Translations under genes and position numbers: made by a program
Shown: positions 1-20,689 of the stretch, in pieces
How positions within the stretch are numbered: the stretch's first letter is position 1
How the letters are laid out: the number at the start of each line of letters is the position of its first letter
NCBI RefSeq assembly: GCF_009914755.1
Contig: NC_060941.1
Reading direction: 5' to 3' (one strand)
Source of the DNA: the human T2T-CHM13v2.0 reference genome, Homo sapiens
DNA length: 64,000 bases
The notes under the pieces: model-generated
Seen by the model: the letters and a program-made list of their open reading frames with translations, nothing else
What the model was told of the DNA's origin: nothing
Databases searched by the model: none

Positions 1-2
1 GG

Positions 3-337
3 AGCATGCGACTAACCGGCCTCATCCGCATGCGTCTTGTCCTGGCTGCCTTCTGGCCCTGACGGCCGGAGTGTCGGATCCTAGATGGGGACCCTAGGTG
101 GGAGCCGCGGGGTCACATCGGGGTCACCCCGGGCTGAGCTCGTCTGACCGGCTCCCGCGCCCCTCCTCCCCCGGCCACCGCTGCCGGGCTCACCTCGCTC
201 CCATTGGTTCCGGCCAGGCTGTTACTGAGGCGGAGACACGGGTGATGATTGGCTTTCTGGGGAGAGAGGAAGTCCTGTGATTGGCCAGATCTCTGGAGCT
301 TGCCGACGCGGTGTGAGGACGCTCCCACGGAGGCCGG
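3..337 (+). promoter_or_regulatory. KDM6B: CpG-rich internal promoter-like segment of KDM6B, including non-coding exon 218-337
   Basis: High CpG density. NRF1-type CGCATGCG at 27-34. Three inverted CCAAT (ATTGG) boxes at 203, 248 and 280. Acceptor ccag|217 and donor gg|gtaagc at 337. Confidence 0.6.
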
Positions 338-630
338 GTAAGCGGCCGCTGCGTTTTGGGTCGGCCCAGTGGCTCCGGACTGGAAGCCTGGCAGCGCAGC
401 CACCCCGTCCCTCTGACCGGCCTTTTGGTTCCCTGCCACACACGTCCTGACTCCCAGCCACACTCCTGGGCCTCTAGGGAGTGGTTGGGCCGGGCCTCCC
501 TTTGGGGAAAGCTAAGGCCGGGCCCTTTGCACAAATGACAAATTGGTGGATGCCACAGTCCGCCCATCCCAGCCCCTGGGCCTTGACTGTGTGCTGGCCA
601 GCTCGTCTCACTCCTTTTCCTTCTCTCTAG

Positions 631-773
631 AATTGGCTGTGAAAGGACTGAGGCAGCCATCTGGGGGTAGCGGGCACTCTTATCAGAGCGGCTGGAGCCG
701 GACCATCGTCCCAGAGAGCTGGGGCAGGGGGCCGTGCCCAATCTCCAGGGCTCCTGGGGCCACTGCTGACCTG
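631..773 (+). other. KDM6B: KDM6B 5' UTR exon
   Basis: Polypyrimidine acceptor ctccttttccttctctctag|631 and donor ctg|gtaagg after 773. Lies upstream of the ATG exon, which starts at 867. Confidence 0.75.
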
Positions 774-847
774 GTAAGGGAAACTCTGGGGCCGAGCTGG
801 CTGGATGTACACTGGCAGCTCTGGTTTTGCCTCCAGTAAGAGCATAA

Positions 848-8845
<7,998 letters not shown>

Positions 8846-10103
8846 GGCCGGACGCCCCGCCCGCCTGCCTGCCCGCGCAAGGCGCCGCGGGGCCACCAGC
8901 ACATGCCTGGGCTGGACCTAGGTCCCGCCTGTGGCCGAGAAGGGGGTCGGGCCCAGCCCTTCCACCCCATTGGCAGCTCCCCTCACTTAATTTATTAAGA
9001 AAAACTTTTTTTTTTTTTTTTAGCAAATATGAGGAAAAAAGGAAAAAAAATGGGAGACGGGGGAGGGGGCTGGCAGCCCCTCGCCCACCAGCGCCTCCCC
9101 TCACCGACTTTGGCCTTTTTAGCAACAGACACAAGGACCAGGCTCCGGCGGCGGCGGGGGTCACATACGGGTTCCCTCACCCTGCCAGCCGCCCGCCCGC
9201 CCGGCGCAGATGCACGCGGCTCGTGTATGTACATAGACGTTACGGCAGCCGAGGTTTTTAATGAGATTCTTTCTATGGGCTTTACCCCTCCCCCGGAACC
9301 TCCTTTTTTACTTCCAATGCTAGCTGTGACCCCTGTACATGTCTCTTTATTCACTTGGTTATGATTTGTATTTTTTGTTCTTTTCTTGTTTTTTTGTTTT
9401 TAATTTATAACAGTCCCACTCACCTCTATTTATTCATTTTTGGGAAAACCCGACCTCCCACACCCCCAAGCCATCCTGCCCGCCCCTCCAGGGACCGCCC
9501 GTCGCCGGGCTCTCCCCGCGCCCCAGTGTGTGTCCGGGCCCGGCCCGACCGTCTCCACCCGTCCGCCCGCGGCTCCAGCCGGGTTCTCATGGTGCTCAAA
9601 CCCGCTCCCCTCCCCTACGTCCTGCACTTTCTCGGACCAGTCCCCCCACTCCCGACCCGACCCCAGCCCCACCTGAGGGTGAGCAACTCCTGTACTGTAG
9701 GGGAAGAAGTGGGAACTGAAATGGTATTTTGTAAAAAAAAATAAATAAAATAAAAAAATTAAAGGTTTTAAAGAAAGAACTATGAGGAAAAGGAACCCCG
9801 TCCTTCCCAGCCCCGGCCAACTTTAAAAAACACAGACCTTCACCCCCACCCCCTTTTCTTTTTAAGTGTGAAACAACCCAGGGCCAGGGCCTCACTGGGG
9901 CAGGGACACCCCGGGGTGAGTTTCTCTGGGGCTTTATTTTCGTTTTGTTGGTTGTTTTTTCTCCACGCTGGGGCTGCGGAGGGGTGGGGGGTTTACAGTC
10001 CCGCACCCTCGCACTGCACTGTCTCTCTGCCCCAGGGGCAGAGGGGTCTTCCCAACCCTACCCCTATTTTCGGTGATTTTTGTGTGAGAATATTAATATT
10101 AAA

Positions 10104-10109
10104 AATAAA
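10104..10109 (+). terminator. KDM6B: KDM6B distal polyadenylation signal (proximal AATAAA cluster near 9740-9755)
   Basis: AATAAA at the end of a ~1.3-kb 3' UTR, just before the TMEM88 promoter. Confidence 0.75.
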
Positions 10110-10299
10110 CGGAGAAAAAAAATCCTGTTTCGCTAACGGCTGGTGGTAGCAGGTTGAGTACCGGGAGGGCTGCAAGACCGTGATTGATGGGGAGGACTGC
10201 GCAGACCCTGGCGAGGGTGAGCCCCTCCCCGGAGGCGCCTGTGGAATGTCCAGGGCTCTGGTCCGCTCCTCGGGATGGGGGGTGCCTAATCCTAGAGCC

Positions 10300-10400
10300 G
10301 CATTCCAGGATAAGGGGGGTGGGGAGAGGCTGGGCCGGGGGAGGGGCAGGAAAGAGGGCTATAAGGGCAGCGGCCCAGGCGGGCGGGATCCAGGCGGGCC
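10300..10400 (+). promoter_or_regulatory. TMEM88: TMEM88 core promoter
   Basis: TATA-like TATAAG at 10360-10365, ~40 nt upstream of a strong-Kozak ATG (gccATGg, 10401). GATA site (GATAAG) near 10309 and GC-rich boxes. Confidence 0.6.
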
Positions 10401-11040
10401 ATGGCGGATGTCCCCGGGGCACAGCGAGCGGTTCCTGGTGACGGCCCAGAGCCCCGGGACCCCCTGGACTGTTGGGCCTGCGCTGTTCTTGTAACAGCCC
10501 AGAATCTGCTGGTGGCTGCCTTCAATCTTCTCCTGCTGGTGCTGGTGCTAGGGACCATCTTGCTACCCGCTGTCACCATGCTGGGCTTCGGCTTCCTCTG
10601 CCACTCTCAGGTGAGCGTGCGCCCCGGGGTGTGCGTGTGAGTGTGAGTGTTGGTGTGTGGTGATGCTGGCGGTGGGGTCTATGGGCCACAACTTCAACCC
10701 GCCTGGGCTGTTTCCACCCCGTGCACAGTATCGCCTGGTCGGCTTGGGCCTGACGCCTCTTCTCCCACAGTTCCTGCGCTCCCAGGCACCCCCTTGCACC
10801 GCGCACCTGCGGGACCCCGGTTTCACGGCCCTACTGGTCACCGGATTCCTGCTCCTCGTGCCGCTGCTCGTGCTTGCTCTGGCCAGCTACCGCCGCCTCT
10901 GCCTGCGCCTCCGCCTAGCCGATTGCCTCGTGCCCTACAGCCGAGCCCTTTATCGGCGTCGGCGCGCCCCGCAGCCGCGGCAAATCCGGGCCTCACCAGG
11001 GTCCCAGGCCGTTCCCACATCAGGAAAGGTCTGGGTCTAA
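10401..11040 (+). CDS. TMEM88: Transmembrane protein 88 (159 aa; Wnt/Dishevelled-binding inhibitor)
   Basis: Exons 10401-10610 and 10771-11040 (480 nt). Two hydrophobic segments; C-terminal PDZ-binding VWV*. PolyA signal AATAAA at 11404-11409. Confidence 0.95.
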
Positions 11041-12056
11041 TGACCCTCGAGTCAAGAACAACCCTGACGGCTGCCCTCCCTCTTATTCGGCCCAAGGACT
11101 TGAAGCCCGGCATCTTCCGACCTGCCCTGCCCCCACCCCTGCCTGAGCGGAGTCCTAGCATCCCCTTGGGAGCAGCAGCGTCAGTGGACCCAGTGCTGAG
11201 AAAAGCCCCCACATCCCGGAAAACCCACTTTCCTTTCACGACCCACATCTCAATCCTGAACATCTAGGCTGGAACCTGCACACCTCCCCCTCAGCTCCGT
11301 CGTGAATGGGACAACAATCTCGTGCCCTCGTTTTATGGTGCAGCTTCTCTAGTATTTCTGGGGCTGGGGGGCGGGGCTGGAGGGGAAGGAGTGTCCACGC
11401 ATCAATAAAGATTTAACGAACTGAACGCGCTCTGCGAACAGAGGCGTGGCACAAGTACTATCACCCCTGCCCTGTGCCGAGGAAAAGGAAACATGTGCCA
11501 GGGCTACAAATGAGCAGAGAGGAGCATCCTTGAGCCCCCTGGCCTTATCGCTTTTGTCCGTTCTTCCTGGCCAGACCTCAGAGATCTGTTCCTGACCCCA
11601 GGCACCTCCCCCTCAATAGAGTGGAGGGGCCCAGCCTCGGCCGCCTGCCGCTGCTCCCCTTGGGGACCTGAGCCCGTTCTCTGACCCCAGCTTAGAGGAA
11701 CTCGGTGTTGCCAGGCCGGGGTGGGAAACAATGGGCCTTCCGGAGCAGGATGACACCCCCTCCCGCCACAATTCTGGAGCAGCAGCCGTGGGAGGGAAGA
11801 TGCAGGGGCCCACCCTGGGGCCTGTTGGTCCGTCATTCAGCCCTGCCCCCCATCTCTACCCCTGAACTTGAGAGAACCTTTGGCACCCCTGGACATCTTG
11901 GTTGGGAGAGGAGGGTTGAGGGTGCTCCCGACTTCAGATGAGCCCTTTCCTCTAGGGATGGGGTGTGCTATCCTGCACCGGCATCCCAGCTACACACAGA
12001 CACAGGCCCATTCGGTCATAAGTTTAATGAAGTCTGAAAGGTAAGCGCCATCGTGG

Positions 12057-12789
12057 TCAGAGATACGGAGGCCCGGTCAGACTCTCCCTCTGCACCTCAA
12101 TGGAAACGATGTGGTGTCCGGGTACCATGGCCAGGCCCAGCACACGGGGCTCCCCGGCAGAGAAGGAATCTGGAAAGAAGGATCAGAGCATCAGGAAAGT
12201 AGGCCAGAATCAGTCCCGCCCCTCTGAGCCACGAAAACGAGCCCCAGAAAACAAGGGTTGCAGCCAGGCCCTTAAGGGGAAATGCCTTGCGTAAGGTTCC
12301 GCCACATTACCAGGCGGGTGTGCATTCCCCGGGCACTGACCCGACGGCTTGAGGAACTCCTGCGCCGAGCCCAGGATGACATTGCAGTCACGGTCAGTGC
12401 AGAGGAAGCAGCCGACCAGTGTCCGTCCATCTGTCATGCGAATGCGCATAGTCTTGTTGAGCAGCGCCTCTAGCTGCTGTCGGGCGCGCTCAGCCGCCGA
12501 GTCCTCGCGCTCTCCGTCCGAATCCTGCGCGGGGTGTAACAAGCGCTCAGACCGCGCAGCCCAGGCTGCCCGCCCGCGGAACCACAGCTCCCGGCAGCCC
12601 GCGGGGCACTCACACAAAGCCCAGAGGCTGCCGGGAGCTGCAGTTCCCCACCCCCTCCATCTTGCTGCTTGACTGCCCCTCAGTCCCAGAACCAGAGCCC
12701 GTGCTAACCCCAGCACTGGAGCTGCTCTGACGCCGACTGCAACAGCCATTCTCTTCTCGTAGCAGCATGGTCGGTCCAGCTCCGGCCAT
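12057..12789 (-). CDS. NAA38: N-alpha-acetyltransferase 38, NatC auxiliary subunit (LSMD1; Sm-fold, 125 aa)
   Basis: Minus-strand exons 12789-12709, 12524-12341, 12169-12057 (378 nt). Sm motifs [26 protein letters not shown] and [20 protein letters not shown] polyA signal at 12028-12023. Confidence 0.95.
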
Positions 12790-12799
12790 TTGCCCGGAG

Positions 12800-13450
12800 G
12801 CCTCCTCTGGGCCTTTCAACTTCCTAAGCACCTTTCAGGTTGGGTGGTCCGAGATCTCGCGAGCGCTCCCGACCTCTTTCCTTTCGCGAGATCCCCTCTC
12901 CTCCCCCTCCTAGTCTCCTCGGCAACGGCACAGATCTCGCGAGCTTCTCCTACTTCTCTAGCGCTGTGGCTCACTGAAGCGTACTACGCCGGATGTCTTA
13001 AGATATCGCGAGACCTTTACCTCTGGTTTCTTACACATCCTTTAGAAACTGGAATTTAGCGAGAATACATTCTTTCATACTGCCTCCTCCCTTGTTTTTC
13101 TGTCTCAGAGAGATAGTCTGTCCTAAATATCCCATGTAGCCCAGGCCACTGAATTAAAACGGAGCGTATTCGTTCTCTGCCCCACCCCGCAACTCCTGAA
13201 AGCGGCGCAACTCAATTACTTGATCCTTATATGCCCCACGCGGGACTCATACTACGTTTCCCGTGAACACGTGCAGTCCAAACCCCGCCCCTGATATTTA
13301 TCTCAGTGGACGGTGGCCGGAAAAGGACAATGGTTTCCATGTCAGCGGATAAACGCTCTCCCCTCGGCTCCCGGACGCGACGGAGGTCGTAGTAGTAGTG
13401 AGTACGTGCTGAGGAGCAAAGGAGTAACCAAGAGATCCAGTGACCGACAG
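12800..13450. promoter_or_regulatory. NAA38/CYB5D1 bidirectional CpG-island promoter
   Basis: Head-to-head ATGs 670 nt apart. Four TCTCGCGAGA-type (CGCG/BANP) elements at 12855, 12882, 12935 and 13004. ACTACnnnTCCC (ZNF143/THAP11-type) at 13251. GC box near 13283. Confidence 0.85.
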
Positions 13451-13460
13451 AGCAAGAGCC

Positions 13461-14938
13461 ATGCCGCGCCGGGGCCTGGTGGCTGGGCCAGACTTGGAGT
13501 ATTTTCAGCGTCGCTATTTCACGCCGGCGGAGGTGGCCCAACATAACAGGCCCGAAGACCTCTGGGTATCTTACCTGGGACGCGTGTACGACCTAACGTC
13601 ATTGGCACAGGAATACAAGGGTAAGGGCCACACGTTGGGCCGGGGCCGGAGTGTGTGTGTGTGCACGCGCGCGTTTGCCTGGTTCTCGAAGGGCTGGCAT
13701 TGACAGTGGCTGTGCTGCTCTTTTCAAGGGAACCTGCTGCTGAAACCCATCGTGGAAGTTGCAGGCCAGGATATCAGCCACTGGTTTGATCCAAAGACCA
13801 GAGACGTGAGTTATGCTGGAACCTGGGATTGTGGGTAGAGGAAATGGAGAGCGGGGATGGGAAGGAAAGGCGGAGGCTAGCCAGAGCCTAATGGCTGCTC
13901 TGACACCCTCGCCCCAAACCCTCCTTTAAAGATCCGCAAGCACATAGATCCGCTGACCGGCTGCCTGAGGTACTGCACCCCGCGGGGCCGCTTTGTGCAC
14001 GTTCCGCCTCAGCTGCCCTGTTCGGACTGGGCCAACGATTTTGGGAAGCCCTGGTGGCAGGGGTCGTATTATGAGGTGGGGCGGCTGTCTGCCAAGACCC
14101 GGAGCATCCGCATCATTAACACGCTCACGTCGCAGGAGCACACACTGGAGGTGAGAACTGGTGACAAGGAGCAGGTTAGAAGGAATGGGGAATCCCAGCA
14201 AATCTCCAGGCCGATCTTCAGGGCAACATTTTTTCCATAACCGGTGGGAGTGTATTTTCTGTCCTTTACATTGAGGCAACTGAGGAAAGCACAGCACCTA
14301 GGTCCCCAGGGTTGGGAATTCTAGGAGTGTCTGGGTCACAGGGGGACAAGAGACTCCTTTATAAGCCTGGGAACAGCAGTTCATGTATCTTAGTGATGGT
14401 GGTCCTTCGAAGCTCTTACACGCCGTTTTGGACAGCAATTGGACTTTCTTTTTAATCTACTCTGTTGCATGGATATAGTGAGGGGACAGTTGACCCTTTA
14501 TGGCCATCCGGTAGTTAGAAGTGGCTGCCATTAAGATCTGTAGGACTTTAGGGTCTGCTCATTGCATGCTGGAGTTTCAGCTTTTTTTTCCCGGGGCCGT
14601 AGAGTACCTGAAGCTGCTATCTGCCAAGGGAGGCACTTTGATCCCAGCGTGTGTATATGTATACTCCATCCAGAATTCTGGGGGTGGGGTGCTTCTGTGT
14701 TCTCCAGGTGGGGGTTCTGGAGTCCATATGGGAAATCCTACACCGCTATCTCCCCTATAACTCACATGCTGCCAGCTACACGTGGAAATATGAAGGGAAG
14801 AACCTGAACATGGATTTTACCCTGGAAGAGAATGGGATCCGGGATGAGGAGGAAGAATTTGACTATCTCAGTATGGACGGTACACTTCACACACCTGCAA
14901 TACTTCTGTACTTCAATGATGATCTCACGGAGTTGTAG
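13461..14938 (+). CDS. CYB5D1: Cytochrome b5 domain-containing protein 1 (228 aa; radial-spoke/ciliary protein)
   Basis: Exons 13461-13620, 13729-13805, 13932-14150, 14708-14938 (687 nt). Cytochrome b5-like [11 protein letters not shown]...[13 protein letters not shown]...AGQDISHWF; ends [10 protein letters not shown]. Confidence 0.95.
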
Positions 14939-15474
14939 GCAAGGAGATGTACACTCGTGTAGACTCAAGACGTATTTCGAGTTTGGCTTTTTCTGTGCCT
15001 TGAGGAAAAGTGGTGGGGCCGAGGGGTGCCTGGACCCAGATCTCCACTCCTCTCCAGGAGCTAGCCTGTGCCCTTCTGAAGTGTAAAGGCCCTATTCCCT
15101 GCCTTCATTACAGTTTGCTCTGAGAAAATTAGTGAATTAATCTTTGGGAATGATACAAGAAGATCAAGTACCTTGGTTTAGGGAGATGTAGAAGAGGATA
15201 GTCAGAGTTCAGGCAGAACTGTTTGATAGTTAAGAGAGAGTAGTTCTACAGGGGTGAGGGATGGAAGGACTTTTTTGGCAATGATGGAAATGAGATGTCT
15301 GCAGGAAGATGGGATTTACAAAGAAATAGGAAATGTTTATCATTGACCATACAAAGCTGGCTTATCTTACTTGTAGAAGAGTGTTTGGCAGCTGAAACCC
15401 AAGGGAAAGAAAGGAAGTGCGTCATTATAGGCAATTCAGGCTAGATATTATACTAGGTACTTCATATACCCTCT

Positions 15475-15740
15475 TTTTTTTTTTTGCCCCCAACAAAGAG
15501 AAGGGGTCTTGCTCTGTCACCCAGTCTGGAGTGCAGTGGCAAAATCATGGCTCACTGCAGCCTGGAGCTCCTGGGCACAAGTGATCCTCCCATCTCTGCC
15601 TTGAGTAGCTGGGACTTCAGGTGCACGCCACAATGCCTAATTTTTTAATTTTTTGTAGACACAGGGTCTCGCTGTGTTGCCCAGGCTGGTTTCAACCTCC
15701 TGGCCTCAAGTGATCCTCTTGCCTCAGCCTCCCAAATAGC
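15475..15740 (-). mobile_element. Alu (old, AluJ-like) in CYB5D1 3' UTR
   Basis: T-tail followed by reverse Alu arms (tcttgctctgtcacccag...gcctcagcctcccaaa). Confidence 0.85.
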
Positions 15741-16949
15741 CTCTTCAAGACAACTACCCCATAAGGTGGATTACCATTACTATGTTACAGATAAGTCCTT
15801 CGAAACTTTGGAAAGTTTAATAGCTCAAAGCCACACTAGGTAGTAACCACTAGAGCCAGAATGCAAATTCAAGTCTGCCCAACTCCAAAGTCCATGTTCT
15901 CTCAATATAAAGGGACCATCTCAATGTCTAATCTCATGTTAACATTTGTAGCCACTGCTCTCAGCAAGTATTTGGGATGTGGCTTTGTCCTAGGATCCCT
16001 GCACAATAGGAAATTGTGGTCCTATTGTATAGTTTGCAGTTATTGTCTCTGGAAGGGAGTTTGCAGAGTTCTCCTGTGGCGAAGAGGAGGCAAGGAAGGC
16101 TAAGTGTCAGTTAAGCAATAGCTATTGGGGCTACTTCTTTGTTAATCCCATACCCCAGATTTCTCTCCTGACCTTTTGGGGCAAAGAGGTGGGTATTTAC
16201 TAACTTGAAGGAAAACTAGAGTGGGGAAAAGGCCGGCAAATTAGTGACACTTTGGCGAGGGAGAAAAAGGAGGCAGTTTGCCACTTGGAGAAGATGAGGA
16301 AGACAGGGTTGCAAGACGGTGACTCCAAAAGAGGGAGCTCGACAGGGGTAATGTAAACAGAGATGCTAACTAAGTCAGAAAACTCTCCTGGTGACCAAAA
16401 GAGAACCACTATTGGGGGTAATGGCTAGATTTGGTCTCCTTTAACTTAAGGAGGGGAGATTTGAGAATGACAGACAGTTGAACTTCCTGGCAGCAGCAAG
16501 CAAAAAACAAATCAGGAAGAGTTTAGTGTGTCTTCTGGCAGGGGACACCAGGGCCCAGCACAGGAGAAGGTGGCCCCTGTGAGATACTGGTGGGCTATAT
16601 AGGCGTTTTCTGAGGGGCTTTGGGAGGCATGAACAAAGGTGGAAACATTGCTGTTGGCTTCGGCAGTATCTGAATTTACTGTGAGATGGAGGGTTTAAAT
16701 CTAACCCCATGGAATGCAGGAGTCCATGAATTATCTAAATCGATCATTTTGATCTTTAATCAACTCTGCAATTATGTGTACCTTGTTTGCTCAATTAAAC
16801 CCTGAACTATTTGAGAATGAAAGCTATGCTGTTCCTCTAGTGCAAGCCTCAGGGCCTGTCCTGTGCCTACAGGATGTCCCCATTCTGCCAAAACCTGTCC
16901 CTCTTCCAGAGACTCCTACTTCAATGTCTCTTGCTAGAAACACATCCCT

Positions 16950-17605
16950 TTCCTCACACATCCAGTCACTCATCAAGTGTAATCTGTCTCCTAAATATCT
17001 CTGGAACCTATCTTCTTTTCTCCAAGTTACCATCACCTCTTGTCTAAACTGCTACGGAAACTTCCTAACCTGTTCTCCCATTTCCACTTCTGACTTCCAT
17101 GCTGCAATGAGAGTCAGCTATGAAAAACAAACCTAAACATCGAACTTTCCTTAGCTTCTTCAGTGGCTTCCAACTGCTTTTGGAATAAAGTCCTAAATTC
17201 AAAGATCTTGTATAAATCAGGCTCATCTCGCAACACCCCTCTTTGTTCTCTATGGCCTAGACACACTGGCTTTCAGTTCATTACATGTCTTGCCTCAGAC
17301 CCTCACACACTGTCCTCTCTGCCTGCAACACTCTTCCTTTCACTTTCCACCTAGCTGATCCTAAATGTTCCTTCCTCAGGGAGGTCTTTTCTGATTTCTT
17401 GGTGGGTCAAGACTTTCTGATAAATCAGTTAGCACCATGCATTTTCCAGAGTTTTTATTACAATTGTAAAATTATGGCTGTAATAGGCTGGCTGCGCTGC
17501 TAGATTGTAAGCTCACGAGGGCAGAGATCTTGTTCACATCTTGCTCACTGCTATATTCTCATTGCTGAGCACACAGTTGCAGCTCAATAAATTTTGAATG
17601 AACTC
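16950..17605 (+). mobile_element. LINE-2 3' fragment carrying AATAAA (17586-17591)
   Basis: L2 3'-end signature (ctagattgtaagctc...gagggcag...gctcaataaat...gaatgaa). Confidence 0.65.
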
Positions 17606-17781
17606 CAATGTTAAGTGAACTCATCCGTCTATACCTAGTGGGGGGGATGTTGTGTCCTAGTAGGCAAGGAAGGACCAAGAAATAGGATGTCTGGTTCCTG
17701 TGCTATAGTCTCTATCCATAGGATTCACTTTCCTTGCTTCCCCAATATCCAAAACCAAAAGTTATTCCATAGAGGGTCTCT

Positions 17782-18244
<463 letters not shown>

Positions 18245-19689
18245 TTATAAGGGGGAGGGAAGGACAAGAAAACAAGGAAAAACCACATGGCCACCGTTCT
18301 ATTAGCATTAGGTTTATGCCTGCTTTTTTTTCTCTCACAAGCACATGGCAGGAAAGGAGTGCAGTTAGGAATTCATGGGCTAGAACAAAAAGGAGGTCCT
18401 GATTACAGGTATGGGAGTGTATGGGGCAAAGTATGGAGCTGACAAAGGGATAAAGACATCACAAATTTTTAAAATAATAGAATGCATTCACTTATTAATA
18501 CTTAAAAAAAATCTTTCCAGTAGGCACTGCTTTGTTCTCTAAATAGCCAAGTGGATATTTGCATGAGGAGTATGTAAATAATGCTTTAGCCTAAAACCCA
18601 GAAAGCAAACAGAACATGAGTGTAGGGTCCAAGTCCTCTTGTGGTAATCTCTTTTGTGTTAGAGGGTGGTGGGTGAAGGATGGAATGCTGAAGGGAAGGC
18701 TGCCGTCCTCAGTGAATCACAGCAGCTTCAAAGGACTCAACTGGCAAGATTTCCCACAGGTGAGGTCCCTACATGCCCACATTACTGGGGGTCATAAAGA
18801 GGCATATGTTCCTTGTAGGAAGCTTGCCTGCTCACTGGGATAAAGCATGCACACATGAAAAGATAAATGAACATAGTACATGATAAAGGCTTAAGTTATG
18901 GTATAGAAAAGTTTCTACCCTTACAGCAAGTCACAGGTGGATTACTAACCTGGCCATCCTGAAACTGTTTCTAAATACTCTGTGTGTGTGTGTCTGTGGA
19001 TGTGTATTATTTTTGGAAAATGGTGCTATAATTTCCATCAGATTCTCCAAATAGCCCAACCCCCTACTCCTACTCCTGAAATAGCACGCACACACACACA
19101 TACACAACAATACTTTAAACAGCCTCAAAAGTAAAATATCAAAAGTTATAATACAATGTGGTCCCAATATTCTGGCATCTGTCTCAATGGTCTGCCTCAG
19201 CCTGTGGCAGAACCATGGCAACCCATGGCAGAAATTCCTAAAGCTCTAACCTTTGGGGCTAAATTTATGACGAGTCTCAAGTGTTTTACTACTGTACCAA
19301 ATGTTAATCTGGCTGTACCTTGGAGCTGAGTAAAGGGATCCATCATTTGGTCTTGATACTATAACATCCAATCATACATCACGATAAGGTTAATGCATCC
19401 AGCACCACAGCTAAGTTTAGGGAGGCCACATGGATGGGCTGCTGTTGGGAGAACAGCCACTTGATCATGGGTCAGTAGAGTACACGGTTTGGCTGTAAGA
19501 ATGCACACAGAATTAGAAACCTGACTGATCTTTATCCTGGAAGCCAAAGATTAAGGATTCAAAAATACAAATGGATATGCACCCCAAGTACTAGGTATTC
19601 TAGGCACACCGGAAGCACTAAAAAGAAAAACCCAAAAAGCTGGTGAATGAATAAGTGAAGCGAATCCATCAAAGTGGGAATGGGAGTAA

Positions 19690-19922
19690 AGGCTTAAGTG
19701 CAGTGGTGTGATCATAGCTCACTGTAACCTCAAACTCCCGAGCTCAGACAATGCTCCTGCCTCAGAGTAGCACCACCATACCTGGCTAATTCTTTATTTT
19801 TTTGTAGAGACAGGGTCTTCCTATGTTGCCCAAGCCGGTCTCAAACTCCTCGCCTCAAGCAATCCTCCTGCCTAGGCCTCCCAAAGTGTTGGGATTATAA
19901 GTATGAGTCACCGTGCCTGGCC
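19690..19922 (-). mobile_element. Alu (AluJ-like, partial)
   Basis: Reverse Alu ending ...ccgtgcctggcc. Confidence 0.85.
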
Positions 19923-19947
19923 AATATTTTAAATAATTGTGTGCCTG

Positions 19948-20236
19948 GACTGGGTGTGGCAGCTCACGCCTGTAATCCCAGCACTTTGGGAGGCAGAAGG
20001 ATCACTTGAGGCCAGGAGTTCAAGATAAGCCTGGCCAACACAGTGAAACCCTGTCTTTACTAAAAATACAAAAATTAGCCAGGTGTGGTGGCAAGTGCCT
20101 ATAATCTCAGCTACTCGGGAGGCTGAGGCAAAATGGCTTCAAACCAGGAGGCGGAGGCTGCAGTGAGCCAAGATCACGCCACTGCACTCCAGCCTGGGCA
20201 ACAGAGTGAGACTCCATCTCAAAAAAAAAAAAAAAA
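19948..20236 (+). mobile_element. Alu
   Basis: Dimeric Alu with A-tail, head-to-head with the preceding Alu. Confidence 0.9.
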
Positions 20237-20689
20237 ATTATGTGCATGAAGCAAAGTTTGTGTTAGGTACTTGTGTGTAGAATTTTCTACTTGTGGTATC
20301 ATGTAGGCATGTAAAAGTTTCCGATTTAGGAGCATTTTGGGTGTTTGATTAGGGATGCTCAACCTGTACATACACATACCTATATATAAACATATTATGA
20401 ATAGAGTGAAAGTACTATAAAGACACACAGAATCACGAGAGCGATGGCTGAATGATCAGAGGCATGTCTGAGGAGATGCTCACATGACTCATCTGTATTA
20501 CCTGTAGAGCTGCATTTACCAACATTAATCCTCCCAACAAACTTAAGGCATAGGTACGATTTTTATTTATACTGAAAAACAACACTGAAGCAGAGAGAGA
20601 TTAAGTAACTTGCCAAAAGTCATACAACTAATGAGTACCAAGGTAGTCATAGCCCATCCAACTAACATACCGCCTCCCTGCATGTCAAA

